A stretch of DNA of 48,996 bases. It comes from a virus. Each line of letters starts with the position of its first letter. The stretch's first letter is position 1. The position numbers and the translations under genes were made by a program. The notes below the pieces were generated by a model that was not told where the DNA came from, made no database searches, and saw only the letters and a list, made by a program, of their open reading frames with translations. This document shows, piece by piece, positions 30,565 to 38,629 of this stretch. Location of the stretch: positions 1 to 48,996 of IMG/VR virus record IMGVR_UViG_3300037873_000028; one strand, given 5' to 3'.

Positions 30565-31199
30565 TCTCCTGGATCGTCGCCTCGCACCGGCCGGAGGTGC
30601 TGGCCGGGAACCTGGGTGCGACGCTGGCGCTCGGCCCCGGGGACGAGCTGGTGGTGGTCGAGGGCGCCGCGTCGATCGCCGCCGCGTACAACCAGGGCCA
30701 GGCCCGGGCGACTCGGCCGATCCGCTGCTACGTGCATCACGACGTGCGGGTGGCCGACCCGGCGCGGCTGCGTGACGAGCTGGTCCGGAGCTGCACGCCG
30801 GAGGTGGGCATGGTGGGGCTCATCGGCAGCCGGGACTACGCCATCCCGTGGTGGGACGGCACCACCTGCGGCTCGGTGGTCGACGCGCGCATGGGCCGGC
30901 TGGACTTCGGCCCGGGCGGTGAGTGCACCTACCTGGACGGGCTGCTGCTGGCCACCGCGCAGCCGGTGGTCTGGGACGAGAGCTATCCGGGCTGGCACGG
31001 CTACGACCATGACATGTGCGAGCAGCAGTTGGCCGCTGGCCGCCACAACTGGTGCCTGACCGGTGGCGCGGAGATGGTGCTGCACAACACGGCCGGCCCG
31101 ACCGACGTGGGCCGACTGGACGGGTGGGCCGCGGGGCTGGCCCGGTTCCAGCGGAAGTGGGGCACGGATGGACCCGGTGGTCGGGGCGCTCTGGGGTGA
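30561..31199 (+). CDS. Glycosyltransferase-like protein (GT-A/GT2-like, 212 aa)
   Basis: MISWIVASHRPEVLAGNL ... AAAYNQG ... YVHHDV ... YLDGLLLA resembles small phage GT2-like enzymes. Confidence 0.6.
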   Translation: MISWIVASHRPEVLAGNLGATLALGPGDELVVVEGAASIAAAYNQGQARATRPIRCYVHHDVRVADPARLRDELVRSCTPEVGMVGLIGSRDYAIPWWDGTTCGSVVDARMGRLDFGPGGECTYLDGLLLATAQPVVWDESYPGWHGYDHDMCEQQLAAGRHNWCLTGGAEMVLHNTAGPTDVGRLDGWAAGLARFQRKWGTDGPGGRGALG

Positions 31200-31350
31200 G
31201 CTGCTGGTGCGCCGCGCCGGGTGCCGTGTCGCGCCTGCGTGGCGGGTGGCGCTGCGCGATCCGGACCTGGGCGGCACCGTCCACTCGCTACACCACCGGA
31301 CCCCGGAGCGGACTGGTAGGCCATCACGTCGAGGAGAGACGAGGACGGAT

Positions 31351-31485
31351 ATGACCGACACAACCCCCATCCCGGAACCTGAGCCGGCGGCTCAGGTGAC
31401 CACGAACATCAACCTGTCGGTGGCCACCGGGCAGCCCATCCCGCAGCCGGACACCGAGCCGGAGGAGGAAGACACCGATGAGTGA
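31351..31485 (+). CDS. Possible small acidic Pro/Glu-rich peptide (44 aa)
   Basis: ATG after GAGGAGAGACGAGGACGG. The same frame is also open from ATG 31168, so the start is uncertain. Confidence 0.35.
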   Translation: MTDTTPIPEPEPAAQVTTNINLSVATGQPIPQPDTEPEEEDTDE

Positions 31486-31810
31486 CGCACTACTGCTGAA
31501 CGCGGCCGCCGACGCGGCCGGGCTGAACCTGGAGAACGCCTGGTACGCCATCGGCGATGGCCCCACCGGCGGCGACCAGGTGTCCAACGAACGGCTGCAG
31601 CCGGCCTACACCACCGCGGTGGCTGGCGTGGCCGCGTTGACCAGCACGCTGAGTTTCACCGGCACCGGCTCGGCCGCGGTGAGCGACCTGCTCGTGTTCG
31701 ACGACGAGGCCGCCGGCAACTTCCGGTTCTCGGCGACGCTGGGCGGCGACAACACGTTCAATTCCGCAGGCGACTTGGATCTCACCGCCGCGCCGATCAC
31801 CGTCACCTGA
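31478..31810 (+). CDS. Hypothetical structural-module protein (110 aa)
   Basis: 8-nt overlap with the upstream ORF. Gly/Ala/Thr-rich and beta-type in composition. Confidence 0.55.
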   Translation: MSDALLLNAAADAAGLNLENAWYAIGDGPTGGDQVSNERLQPAYTTAVAGVAALTSTLSFTGTGSAAVSDLLVFDDEAAGNFRFSATLGGDNTFNSAGDLDLTAAPITVT

Positions 31811-31820
31811 GGAGGATGAC

Positions 31821-32120
31821 ATGGCCGCAGGGTTCGCTGCGTTCACCACAAAGGACGAGATCAACCGGGGAGGTGGCCGGATGGTCTATGCCGGCCGGGA
31901 GTTCTTCCGGCTGGTGGCGATGATGGACGCCTTCCACGCCCCACTGGGGTCGGCTGGGCTTCAGACCGATTACGGTTTCGATGAGCCGTCCGCCACCCTG
32001 CTCGGATCCGCGATCGGCGACTCGAAGCAGCTGATGGACATCCGCAACGGCCTGGCAACCCTAGGGGTCGCCAAGGACTTCGACTTCTTCGCCAAGCAGC
32101 TGATCGGTCTCCGGCCGTAG
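31821..32120 (+). CDS. Hypothetical structural-module protein (99 aa)
   Basis: ATG after GAGGAGG. Confidence 0.55.
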   Translation: MAAGFAAFTTKDEINRGGGRMVYAGREFFRLVAMMDAFHAPLGSAGLQTDYGFDEPSATLLGSAIGDSKQLMDIRNGLATLGVAKDFDFFAKQLIGLRP

Positions 32121-32141
32121 CTTGGCCGAGGTGGTGCGGCA

Positions 32142-34856
32142 ATGACGTTCATCCGCAGGCTCGCCGACACCGACGACATCGTCTTCACCACCGGCCTCGG
32201 CGGGCTGGACGGCATCACCCACGGCACCGTCGCCATACTCTTCCGGCCCAACGCCGCGTTCGGCTCCACCGCCCGCACCCTGTTCCGGCTGCACGACTCG
32301 GCCGGCGTGGACCTCGGTGGCATCGGGCTGAACAGCTCCGACGAGGTTGTCTGGTCGGACGGGACCAACGAGTCGACCGGGCCGGCCACCACCACCACCG
32401 ACTGGCATGTTCTGGTCGCCCGCAAGGCCACCGGCAACAACGTCCCCCGGTTCAGCCTGCTCAACGTGGACACCGGCATCCCGTCCCACGCCGACGGGGA
32501 CGCGGCGGTGGGCGACTGGACCGCACCGGCCGGCGGCACCATCCGCACCACCGTCGAAGGTGCGAGCGGTCCCGGGTCCGACGTGGCGGCGATGGCCGCC
32601 TGGGCCAACGAGCTGCCGTGGGCGGTCGACGCGGGCGGCGACGACGACATCGAGACCGCCGGGCTGGCGGAGCACCTGAACAATTGGCTGGCCGCCGCAC
32701 CGTCGGCGGCGTGGGGCTTCGGCCTGGCCACCGTCTACAACATCGAGGACGTCACCGGCGGCCGGGCTGACCAGATCAACTTCGGCGGCGGCGGCGGCGC
32801 CGACGCCACCGACCTGGACTTCACCTACGAGGACACCACCCTCGACGTCCTGAGCCGCAACTTCCTGCGGGACACCCAGACTGAGCCCGACTCCACCGGC
32901 ATCGTCCGGGACCTGTCCGAGACCCAGGGCACCCCGGGCACCATGGGATCGGGCAACGTGTCCGGCGGGTTCGCCGAAGTGATCCGCTGGCACCGGGTGG
33001 TGGGCACCGGCGTCGGCTCGGCCGACATCTCCACCCAGGTCCAGGTCACCGCCGTCTCCGCGGCCACGCTCAGCTACCGGTGGCGGGTCCAACGTTACGA
33101 CAGCTCCGGGGTGCTGCAGGCCAGCTCCGACTACAGCAGCGGGCACAACACCACCGGCATCAAGGTCCAGAGCTTCACCCTGGCCACCACGTGGGTTGCC
33201 GGGGACCGGCTGGCCCTGTCGCTGGAGCTGCGGAAGACCTCCGGCGGTGGCAGCCGCAACATCACCGTCGCGGTCAACGACGGCGACGCGTGGGCCGAGT
33301 TCGAGGTGGCGGTCGTATCCCCCGCCCAGGTCACCGCCGCCATCCCCCTCACCGTCACGGTCGCGCCGGCTGTGGCCGCCGACCACGCCGCCACCGTCAA
33401 CATCCCCCTGACCGTGGCGGTTGCCCCGACCGTCGCGGCGCCAAGCGCGACCGGACTCATCTCCGGCGAGGTGTCGATCAACCCGGCCACCCTGTCATGC
33501 GGGGTCGGGGAGCGGCTGGTCTGCATCGCCTGGTCCCGCGGCGGTGGCACCAGCTTCGGGGTGACACCTAACGCGGGCGGGGCCAGCTGGACCAACCGGG
33601 TGGTTGAGGCGACGCTGCCGACCAACGACCTGGCCCGCCGGTCGGTGGGTGTGGCCGAGCTGGTGCCCGCGTCCGAGGTGACCGCCGGCGTGTTCACGGC
33701 AGCGTGGTCGGGCGATGCCACCGATGCGATATGGCTGAGGGTCCAGGAAGGCGGCGCGTTCGGCTTCGCCGCCGCTGCGGTGGCCGACTCTGACACCGCG
33801 TTCGTGACGTCCCTGGCCACCGGTGACACCGCGTCGATCCCGGCCGGGGATCTGCTGCTGGTCGCCGCCGCGGTGATCCGAGACGGGGGTGCGGCCGGCA
33901 CCGCCTGGGCCAACGCGGACATCAACCCCGGGCTGGTAGCCGGCGGGAACCTGTCACTCGACGCCTACGCCGGGAAGGGCGCCGGCGGCAACGGCGGCGT
34001 CGCCGGCTACCTGATCCTCGACGGCCAGGGCGCCGGGGTCCGCGCGGACACGCTCACCCTGCCCGGCGGTGACGCCGCCAAGCAGATCAGCGTGGCGCTG
34101 GTGGTGTGGTCCACCGGGGTGACCACCACCCCCCAGGTCACCGCGTCGATCCCCCTGACGGTGGCGGTCGCCGGCACCACCACGGCCGAGCATCAGGCGA
34201 CCGCCGAGCTCGAGCTCGGGGTGGCGCTGGCCGGCACCGTCGCCGCGGAGCATCAGGCCACCGCCGGGGTGGACCTGACGGTCACGCTGGCCGGCACCGC
34301 CGCCACCGACCATGCCGTCACCGCCGCGGTGCCGCTGGCGCTCGGCCTGGCGCCGGTGGTCGCCGCGCCGGAGGTGGGCGCCCCGGCCGAGGTGACCGCC
34401 GACATCCCCCTCACGCTCACCGTGGCCGGCACAGCCCAGGCCACCCACCAGGTCACCACCGCCGTGCCGCTCACCCTGGCCGTCGCCGCCACCGTCCAGG
34501 CCGAGCACCAGGCCACCACCACGGTGCCGCTGGCCCTGACCATCGCCCCGGTGGTCGATGCGCCCGTGCCCGGCGCACCCAACCAGGTCACCACGAGCAT
34601 CCCCCTCGGGCTGGCCGTGGCCGGCACCACCGCCACCGGCTACCAGGCCACCGCTGGCATACCGCTGACGCTGACGATCGCCCCGACCGGGCACGCGGAC
34701 CACTCGGTCACCGCATCGGTCGCGATGGTCCTCGCGCTGGCTGGGGTGATAGGTACTCCAGAAGTCCCGGTGTGGCCGCCGGTCACCGCCCACCGGACAT
34801 CCGTCGCGGCGGTGACGGCCCGACGAACCTCCGCTACGACCGTGACGGGAGGGTGA
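32142..34856 (+). CDS. 904-aa protein: LamG/concanavalin-like N-terminal domain plus two blocks of 20-25-aa tandem repeats
   Basis: The N-terminus has LamG-like features (GTVAILFRP...LFRLHDS...DWHVLVARKATG). Repeats of consensus xxIPLTLTVAGTxxAxHQAT follow. GC3 is high throughout. Confidence 0.75.
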   Translation: MTFIRRLADTDDIVFTTGLGGLDGITHGTVAILFRPNAAFGSTARTLFRLHDSAGVDLGGIGLNSSDEVVWSDGTNESTGPATTTTDWHVLVARKATGNNVPRFSLLNVDTGIPSHADGDAAVGDWTAPAGGTIRTTVEGASGPGSDVAAMAAWANELPWAVDAGGDDDIETAGLAEHLNNWLAAAPSAAWGFGLATVYNIEDVTGGRADQINFGGGGGADATDLDFTYEDTTLDVLSRNFLRDTQTEPDSTGIVRDLSETQGTPGTMGSGNVSGGFAEVIRWHRVVGTGVGSADISTQVQVTAVSAATLSYRWRVQRYDSSGVLQASSDYSSGHNTTGIKVQSFTLATTWVAGDRLALSLELRKTSGGGSRNITVAVNDGDAWAEFEVAVVSPAQVTAAIPLTVTVAPAVAADHAATVNIPLTVAVAPTVAAPSATGLISGEVSINPATLSCGVGERLVCIAWSRGGGTSFGVTPNAGGASWTNRVVEATLPTNDLARRSVGVAELVPASEVTAGVFTAAWSGDATDAIWLRVQEGGAFGFAAAAVADSDTAFVTSLATGDTASIPAGDLLLVAAAVIRDGGAAGTAWANADINPGLVAGGNLSLDAYAGKGAGGNGGVAGYLILDGQGAGVRADTLTLPGGDAAKQISVALVVWSTGVTTTPQVTASIPLTVAVAGTTTAEHQATAELELGVALAGTVAAEHQATAGVDLTVTLAGTAATDHAVTAAVPLALGLAPVVAAPEVGAPAEVTADIPLTLTVAGTAQATHQVTTAVPLTLAVAATVQAEHQATTTVPLALTIAPVVDAPVPGAPNQVTTSIPLGLAVAGTTATGYQATAGIPLTLTIAPTGHADHSVTASVAMVLALAGVIGTPEVPVWPPVTAHRTSVAAVTARRTSATTVTGG
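33327..33446 (+). repeat. Repeat block 1 (two units) within the 904-aa ORF
   Basis: QVTAAIPLTVTVAPAVAADHAAT / VNIPLTVAVAPTVAAP. Confidence 0.7.
34134..34775 (+). repeat. Repeat block 2 (about ten 60-75-bp units) within the 904-aa ORF
   Basis: Units ASIPLTVAVAGTTTAEHQAT, AELELGVALAGTVAAEHQAT, AGVDLTVTLAGTAATDHAVT, AAVPLALGLAPVVAAPEVGAPAEVT, and so on. They form a higher-order pattern of 20+20+25 aa. End coordinate is approximate. Confidence 0.75.
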
Positions 34857-34857
34857 C

Positions 34858-35769
34858 GTGGCAGCGCTGGTCTTCTTCGAGTCGGCGAGTGAGCTGGCGA
34901 CGCTGACCAACACGTTCTCGGTTGACGGCATCCCTACTGACCCGACCGCAATCAGCCTGATCGTCACCGACCCCGAGGGCGCCGCGACCACGTACACCCT
35001 CGCCGCCCTGGAGATCACCAAGACCAGCACCGGTGTGTACACCAAGGACATCACCTGCAGTCTCGCCGGGACGTGGAGCTTTCGGTGGATAGGCACCGGC
35101 GATGTGGTGGACACCGAGGCCGGCACCTGGGATGTGCTGGACACCACGCTCGGCCGGCTCTACGCCACCGTGGAGGCGCTGAAGTCACGGCTCGGGCTGG
35201 AGGTCACCGACACCGCCAGCGACTTCGAGTTGCACATGGCGTGCTTCGCCGCCAGCCGCATGGTGGAGCACTACTGCCAGCGGCTGTTCTGGCGGACCAC
35301 CGCGGCCGAGGTCCGCACGTTCGTCCCGGACAACCCCTACTGCCTGAAGCTGGGCGCCTTCAACGGCCTGGTATCGGTGGCCAGCCTGAAGACCGACGCC
35401 AGCGGTGACGGGACGTTCGAGACCACCTGGGCCGCCACCGACTTCCAACTGCTGCCGGTCAACCTGGCAGCCGCCCCCGAGCGGAGGCCGTACACGGAGG
35501 TGAAGGCGCTGGCCCGGGCTTTCCCGCTGCCGCACGGCACGCTGGCCCGCCAGGACCGGGTGCAGATCACCGGCGTGTTCGGGTGGCCGGCTGTGCCCTA
35601 CAGCGTGAAGCAGTCGGCACTGATCACCTCGGCTGAGTTGTTCCGGTCCAAGTCCACCTTTGAGGCTCAAGGCGGGTTCGATGAGACGGCCGGGTTCATG
35701 CTCCGGCGCAACCCGTTCGCCCTGGACCTGATCAAGCCGTACCGACTCACCCCAGTGCTGATGGCGTGA
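34858..35769 (+). CDS. Head-tail connector (gp6-like) with an extra N-terminal beta-rich domain (303 aa)
   Basis: LYATVEALKSRLGLEVTDTASDFELHMACFAASRMVEHYCQRLF is the classic head-tail connector motif. About 100 aa precede it. Confidence 0.7.
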   Translation: MAALVFFESASELATLTNTFSVDGIPTDPTAISLIVTDPEGAATTYTLAALEITKTSTGVYTKDITCSLAGTWSFRWIGTGDVVDTEAGTWDVLDTTLGRLYATVEALKSRLGLEVTDTASDFELHMACFAASRMVEHYCQRLFWRTTAAEVRTFVPDNPYCLKLGAFNGLVSVASLKTDASGDGTFETTWAATDFQLLPVNLAAAPERRPYTEVKALARAFPLPHGTLARQDRVQITGVFGWPAVPYSVKQSALITSAELFRSKSTFEAQGGFDETAGFMLRRNPFALDLIKPYRLTPVLMA

Positions 35770-36176
35770 TGGCGACTATCCAGGAGATCCGGGCCGGCAT
35801 CAAAGCCCGGCTGGACACCATAGCCGGGCTGCGGGCTCACGCGAACATGCCAGGCACCATCAACGCCCCGGCCGCGGTGGTAGCTCGACGATCCACCGAG
35901 TTCGACACAACGCTCGATGGCCAGAGTGACGATCTGACGTTCGCGGTAACCGTGTTCGTCGAGTGGACCACCGACCGGGCTCAGGAGAAGCTGGACGCCT
36001 ACACCGCCAGCGGGGGCGCGTCGTCGATCCGGGTCGCCATCAATGGTGATCCGACGCTGGGTGGGGTGGTGGACTTCGCGGCGGCCGTCTCGGTGGGGCG
36101 GGATCGTCCGGTCGAATGGCCGCCGGGGAGCAATCAGACGTACCTCGCGGCGGACGTCGTGATTGAGGTCGGCTGA
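35766..36176 (+). CDS. Head-tail joining / tail-terminator-like protein (136 aa)
   Basis: Position and size. Weak resemblance to the DUF3168-type pattern. GTGA overlap. Confidence 0.45.
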   Translation: MMATIQEIRAGIKARLDTIAGLRAHANMPGTINAPAAVVARRSTEFDTTLDGQSDDLTFAVTVFVEWTTDRAQEKLDAYTASGGASSIRVAINGDPTLGGVVDFAAAVSVGRDRPVEWPPGSNQTYLAADVVIEVG

Positions 36177-37204
36177 TGCGATTCGCGGTCTGTCACCCGG
36201 GTCCGGGATTTTCCGTGCACGACGTGTACACCGGGTGGGTGGAGGCGCTCGAACAGCTTGGCCACCAGGTGGTCCCGTTCAACCTGCACGACCGATTGAC
36301 CTTCTACGACAGCGCGTTCTTCAACGTCGCCGAGGGTCAGTTCCGCAAGGCGATCCCGCAGGAGACCGCGGTCGAGCTGGCCGTGAACGGCCTGTACGCC
36401 ACGCTCTACAAGACCCGGCCTGACGTGCTGCTGGTGGTCTCCGCCTTCCTGGTGCCGGTCGAGCTGCTGGACCTGGCCCGCCGCTACGGCACCCGCGTGG
36501 TGGTGCTGCACACCGAGGCGCCCTACGAGGACACCCGACAGCTGGCCGTGGCCGGGCACGCCGATCTGAACCTGGTCAACGACCCAGTGAGCATCGCCCG
36601 GTACCGGGAGCTGGCCCCGACCGAGTACATCCCGCACGCCTACCGGCCGCTGATCCACTGCCCCGGCCCGGTCGAGCCGCACCTGGCCGCAGACCTTGCG
36701 TTCGTCGGCACCGGCTTCGAGTCCCGGATCGAGTTCTTCGAGGCGATGGACCGCACCGGGCTGGACCTGCTCCTGGCCGGCAACTGGCAGCGGCTGGCCG
36801 AGGACTCGCCGCTGCGCAAGTACGTAGCCCACGACGTGGCCGAATGCCTGGACAACACCGATGCGGTCCGCGTCTACCGCTCGGCCAAGGTGGGGCTGAA
36901 CCTGTACCGGCGGGAGGCCGAGGACGGCGATTCTGCGGACGGCTGGGCTTGCGGTCCGCGGGAAGTGGAGATGGCCGCGGTGGGTCTGCCGTTCCTGCGG
37001 GAGCCGCGTGGCGAGGGTGACGAGCTGCTGCCGATGCTGCCCACGTTCAGCTCGCCGGCCGAGGCGGGGTATCTGGCCCGCTGGTGGCTGGCCCATGAGG
37101 ACCTCCGGGTGGAGGCGGCAGCCAAGGCCCGGCAGGCGGTCGCCGACCGCACGTTCAGGAACCACGCAGCGCGCATGCTGCACCTGTTAGAGGGAGTGAG
37201 ATAG
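36176..37204 (+). CDS. GT-B-type glycosyltransferase-like protein (CgeB/DUF3880-like, 342 aa)
   Basis: DLAFVGTGFESRIEFFEAM...LDLLLAGNWQ...VRVYRSAKVGLNLYR...GPREVEMAAVGLPFL resembles CgeB-family / Glyco_trans_1_2 proteins. Confidence 0.6.
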   Translation: MRFAVCHPGPGFSVHDVYTGWVEALEQLGHQVVPFNLHDRLTFYDSAFFNVAEGQFRKAIPQETAVELAVNGLYATLYKTRPDVLLVVSAFLVPVELLDLARRYGTRVVVLHTEAPYEDTRQLAVAGHADLNLVNDPVSIARYRELAPTEYIPHAYRPLIHCPGPVEPHLAADLAFVGTGFESRIEFFEAMDRTGLDLLLAGNWQRLAEDSPLRKYVAHDVAECLDNTDAVRVYRSAKVGLNLYRREAEDGDSADGWACGPREVEMAAVGLPFLREPRGEGDELLPMLPTFSSPAEAGYLARWWLAHEDLRVEAAAKARQAVADRTFRNHAARMLHLLEGVR

Positions 37205-37602
37205 TGGGACGTCTGCATGGGCGTAGAGGGCGCGTCTATTTAGGACTCGCCAGCGGCGGCACCGCTCAGCCGGTGGCGTTCCTGAACAGCTGGTCGATCT
37301 CGTTTCAAGTGGAGCGCCCGGAGGTCACTTCGTTTGAGGATGAAAATAAGACGTACGTGGCGGGCCTGCCGGACGCCTCCGGCGACTTCGCCGGCTTCTA
37401 CGACGACGCCACCGTGCAGACCTACACCGCCGCCACCGACGGCATCGCGCGGAAGTTCTACCTGTACCCCAGCACCAGCAGCAACGGCCAGTACTGGTGG
37501 GGCACCATCCTGCCCGACTTCTCGGTCAACGGGTCGGTCAGCGGAGCTGTCGCGGTCAGCGCCAGTTGGAACGCGGCCAGCGCGATCCGCAAGGTGGGCT
37601 GA
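37204..37602 (+). CDS. Major tail (tail tube) protein (132 aa)
   Basis: Size, position upstream of the chaperones and tape measure, and the N-terminal pattern GRVYLGL...AFLNSWSISFQVERPEVTSFEDE...GLPDASGDFAGFYD typical of small tail-tube proteins. Confidence 0.6.
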   Translation: MGRLHGRRGRVYLGLASGGTAQPVAFLNSWSISFQVERPEVTSFEDENKTYVAGLPDASGDFAGFYDDATVQTYTAATDGIARKFYLYPSTSSNGQYWWGTILPDFSVNGSVSGAVAVSASWNAASAIRKVG

Positions 37603-38070
37603 GTGTCCATCGAACTGCGTAACGTGGAGGTGCTGGAGCAGGCCGGCCGGGCATTGCGCGGCGCCCAGAAACACTACCGGCGTGAGCTGTTCCGCGGCCT
37701 GAACCGGGCGGCCAAGCCGCTGAAGCAGGCGGTCCAGGAGTCCATCCCTGACTACATGCCCGGGCGCGGCGGCTACGCGGCCGCCCTGCAGCGGTCCCAC
37801 TCGCCGCGCACGCAGATCAAGACCGGTGGCCGGGACCCGGGCATCCGCATCATCTCCCGCACCAAGGGCGGGGTGAAGCGGAGTGTCAGGAAGCTGGAGG
37901 CCGGCAAGCTGGCGCACCCGCTGTTCGGCGACCGGGAGCACTGGTTCACCCAGGACATCCGACCGGGGTTCTTCACCGAGCCGATGGAGGGTGAGGCGGA
38001 CGCAGTGCGGGACGAGATGGTGGACGCGATCCAGGACGTGCACGCCGCGATCCGGGCGGCGGTCCGGTGA
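37603..38070 (+). CDS. HK97-gp10-like head-tail/tail completion protein (155 aa)
   Basis: The recalled gp10-family pattern fits loosely (helical N-terminus LNRAAKPLKQAVQESIPDY..GRGGYAAAL). Its placement after the tube gene is unusual. Confidence 0.45.
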   Translation: MSIELRNVEVLEQAGRALRGAQKHYRRELFRGLNRAAKPLKQAVQESIPDYMPGRGGYAAALQRSHSPRTQIKTGGRDPGIRIISRTKGGVKRSVRKLEAGKLAHPLFGDREHWFTQDIRPGFFTEPMEGEADAVRDEMVDAIQDVHAAIRAAVR

Positions 38071-38483
38071 GGTACCGGTTCCAGTTCCAGTTCGCCGAGT
38101 TGGACCGGGAGCGGTACGGCGCCGGCACCTACGAACTGGACTGCTCCCCCGACGGGTTGGCGCGGGTGCCGATGGCGTTGCTGGAGGAGTTCGAGGACGC
38201 CACCGGGATGCGGGTGCTGGGCGATTGGTTGGACCGGCTCGGCGGTATGGAGCTCAAGGCAATCCGCGCGTTCATGTGGCTCGCAGTCCGGGTGGCCAGT
38301 GAGCCAGTGGTCGCCTTCGCCGAGTTCACCCCTAACGTGTTGTCCGCGCAGTTCCACTTCGTGCCGGACGCCGAGGGAAACGGGGCGAGCCCGGTGCCGA
38401 ACCGGGCGGCGAAGAGGACGGCGTCCCGCCAGCGCTCCGGGAGCTCCTCCGCGGCGGCCCCCCGCCGTCGGTCCGCGAGCTGA
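38067..38483 (+). CDS. Tail assembly chaperone (G-like, 138 aa)
   Basis: Position directly upstream of the tape measure. Contains an in-phase slippery heptamer. Confidence 0.7.
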   Translation: MRYRFQFQFAELDRERYGAGTYELDCSPDGLARVPMALLEEFEDATGMRVLGDWLDRLGGMELKAIRAFMWLAVRVASEPVVAFAEFTPNVLSAQFHFVPDAEGNGASPVPNRAAKRTASRQRSGSSSAAAPRRRSAS

Positions 38484-38629
38484 TCGACAGCTACGACCTG
38501 CCGATGCAGCTGCTGCTTCGGCTGGCGCCGTGGGATGTGCGCCGGCTGACGCTGGGCGAGTTCCGCCGCCGGGCGGAGTGGGTTGTCGAGTGGAATGATG
38601 CCCGAGCAGACAAGGGGGCGGTGAGATGA
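38067..38629 (+). CDS. Tail assembly chaperone -1 frameshift fusion (G-T-like)
   Basis: After the slip at 38375-38381, the -1 frame encodes ...ELLRGGPPPSVRELIDSYDLPMQLLLRLAPWDVRRLTLGEFRRRAEWVVEWN. It ends in an ATGA overlap with the tape-measure start. Confidence 0.6.
38375..38381 (+). promoter_or_regulatory. Programmed -1 ribosomal frameshift site G GGA AAC
   Basis: The heptamer is in the X XXY YYZ phase of CDS 38067..38483 (codons GGA 38376, AAC 38379). The -1 frame stays open to the TGA at 38627-38629. Confidence 0.7.

Noticed and set aside
34134-34775. 60-75-bp tandem repeats as a CRISPR-like or non-coding satellite
   Set aside because: The repeats are in frame within a 904-aa ORF with strong codon bias and diverge mostly at the protein-compatible level. 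There is no repeat-spacer structure.
38299-38598. ORF 38299..38598 (+1 frame) as the frameshifted T part of the tail chaperone
   Set aside because: Its translation is Arg/Pro-rich filler. The conserved-looking chaperone C-terminus (LIDSYDLP...) is in the -1 frame, and a canonical -1 slippery heptamer is in phase upstream.
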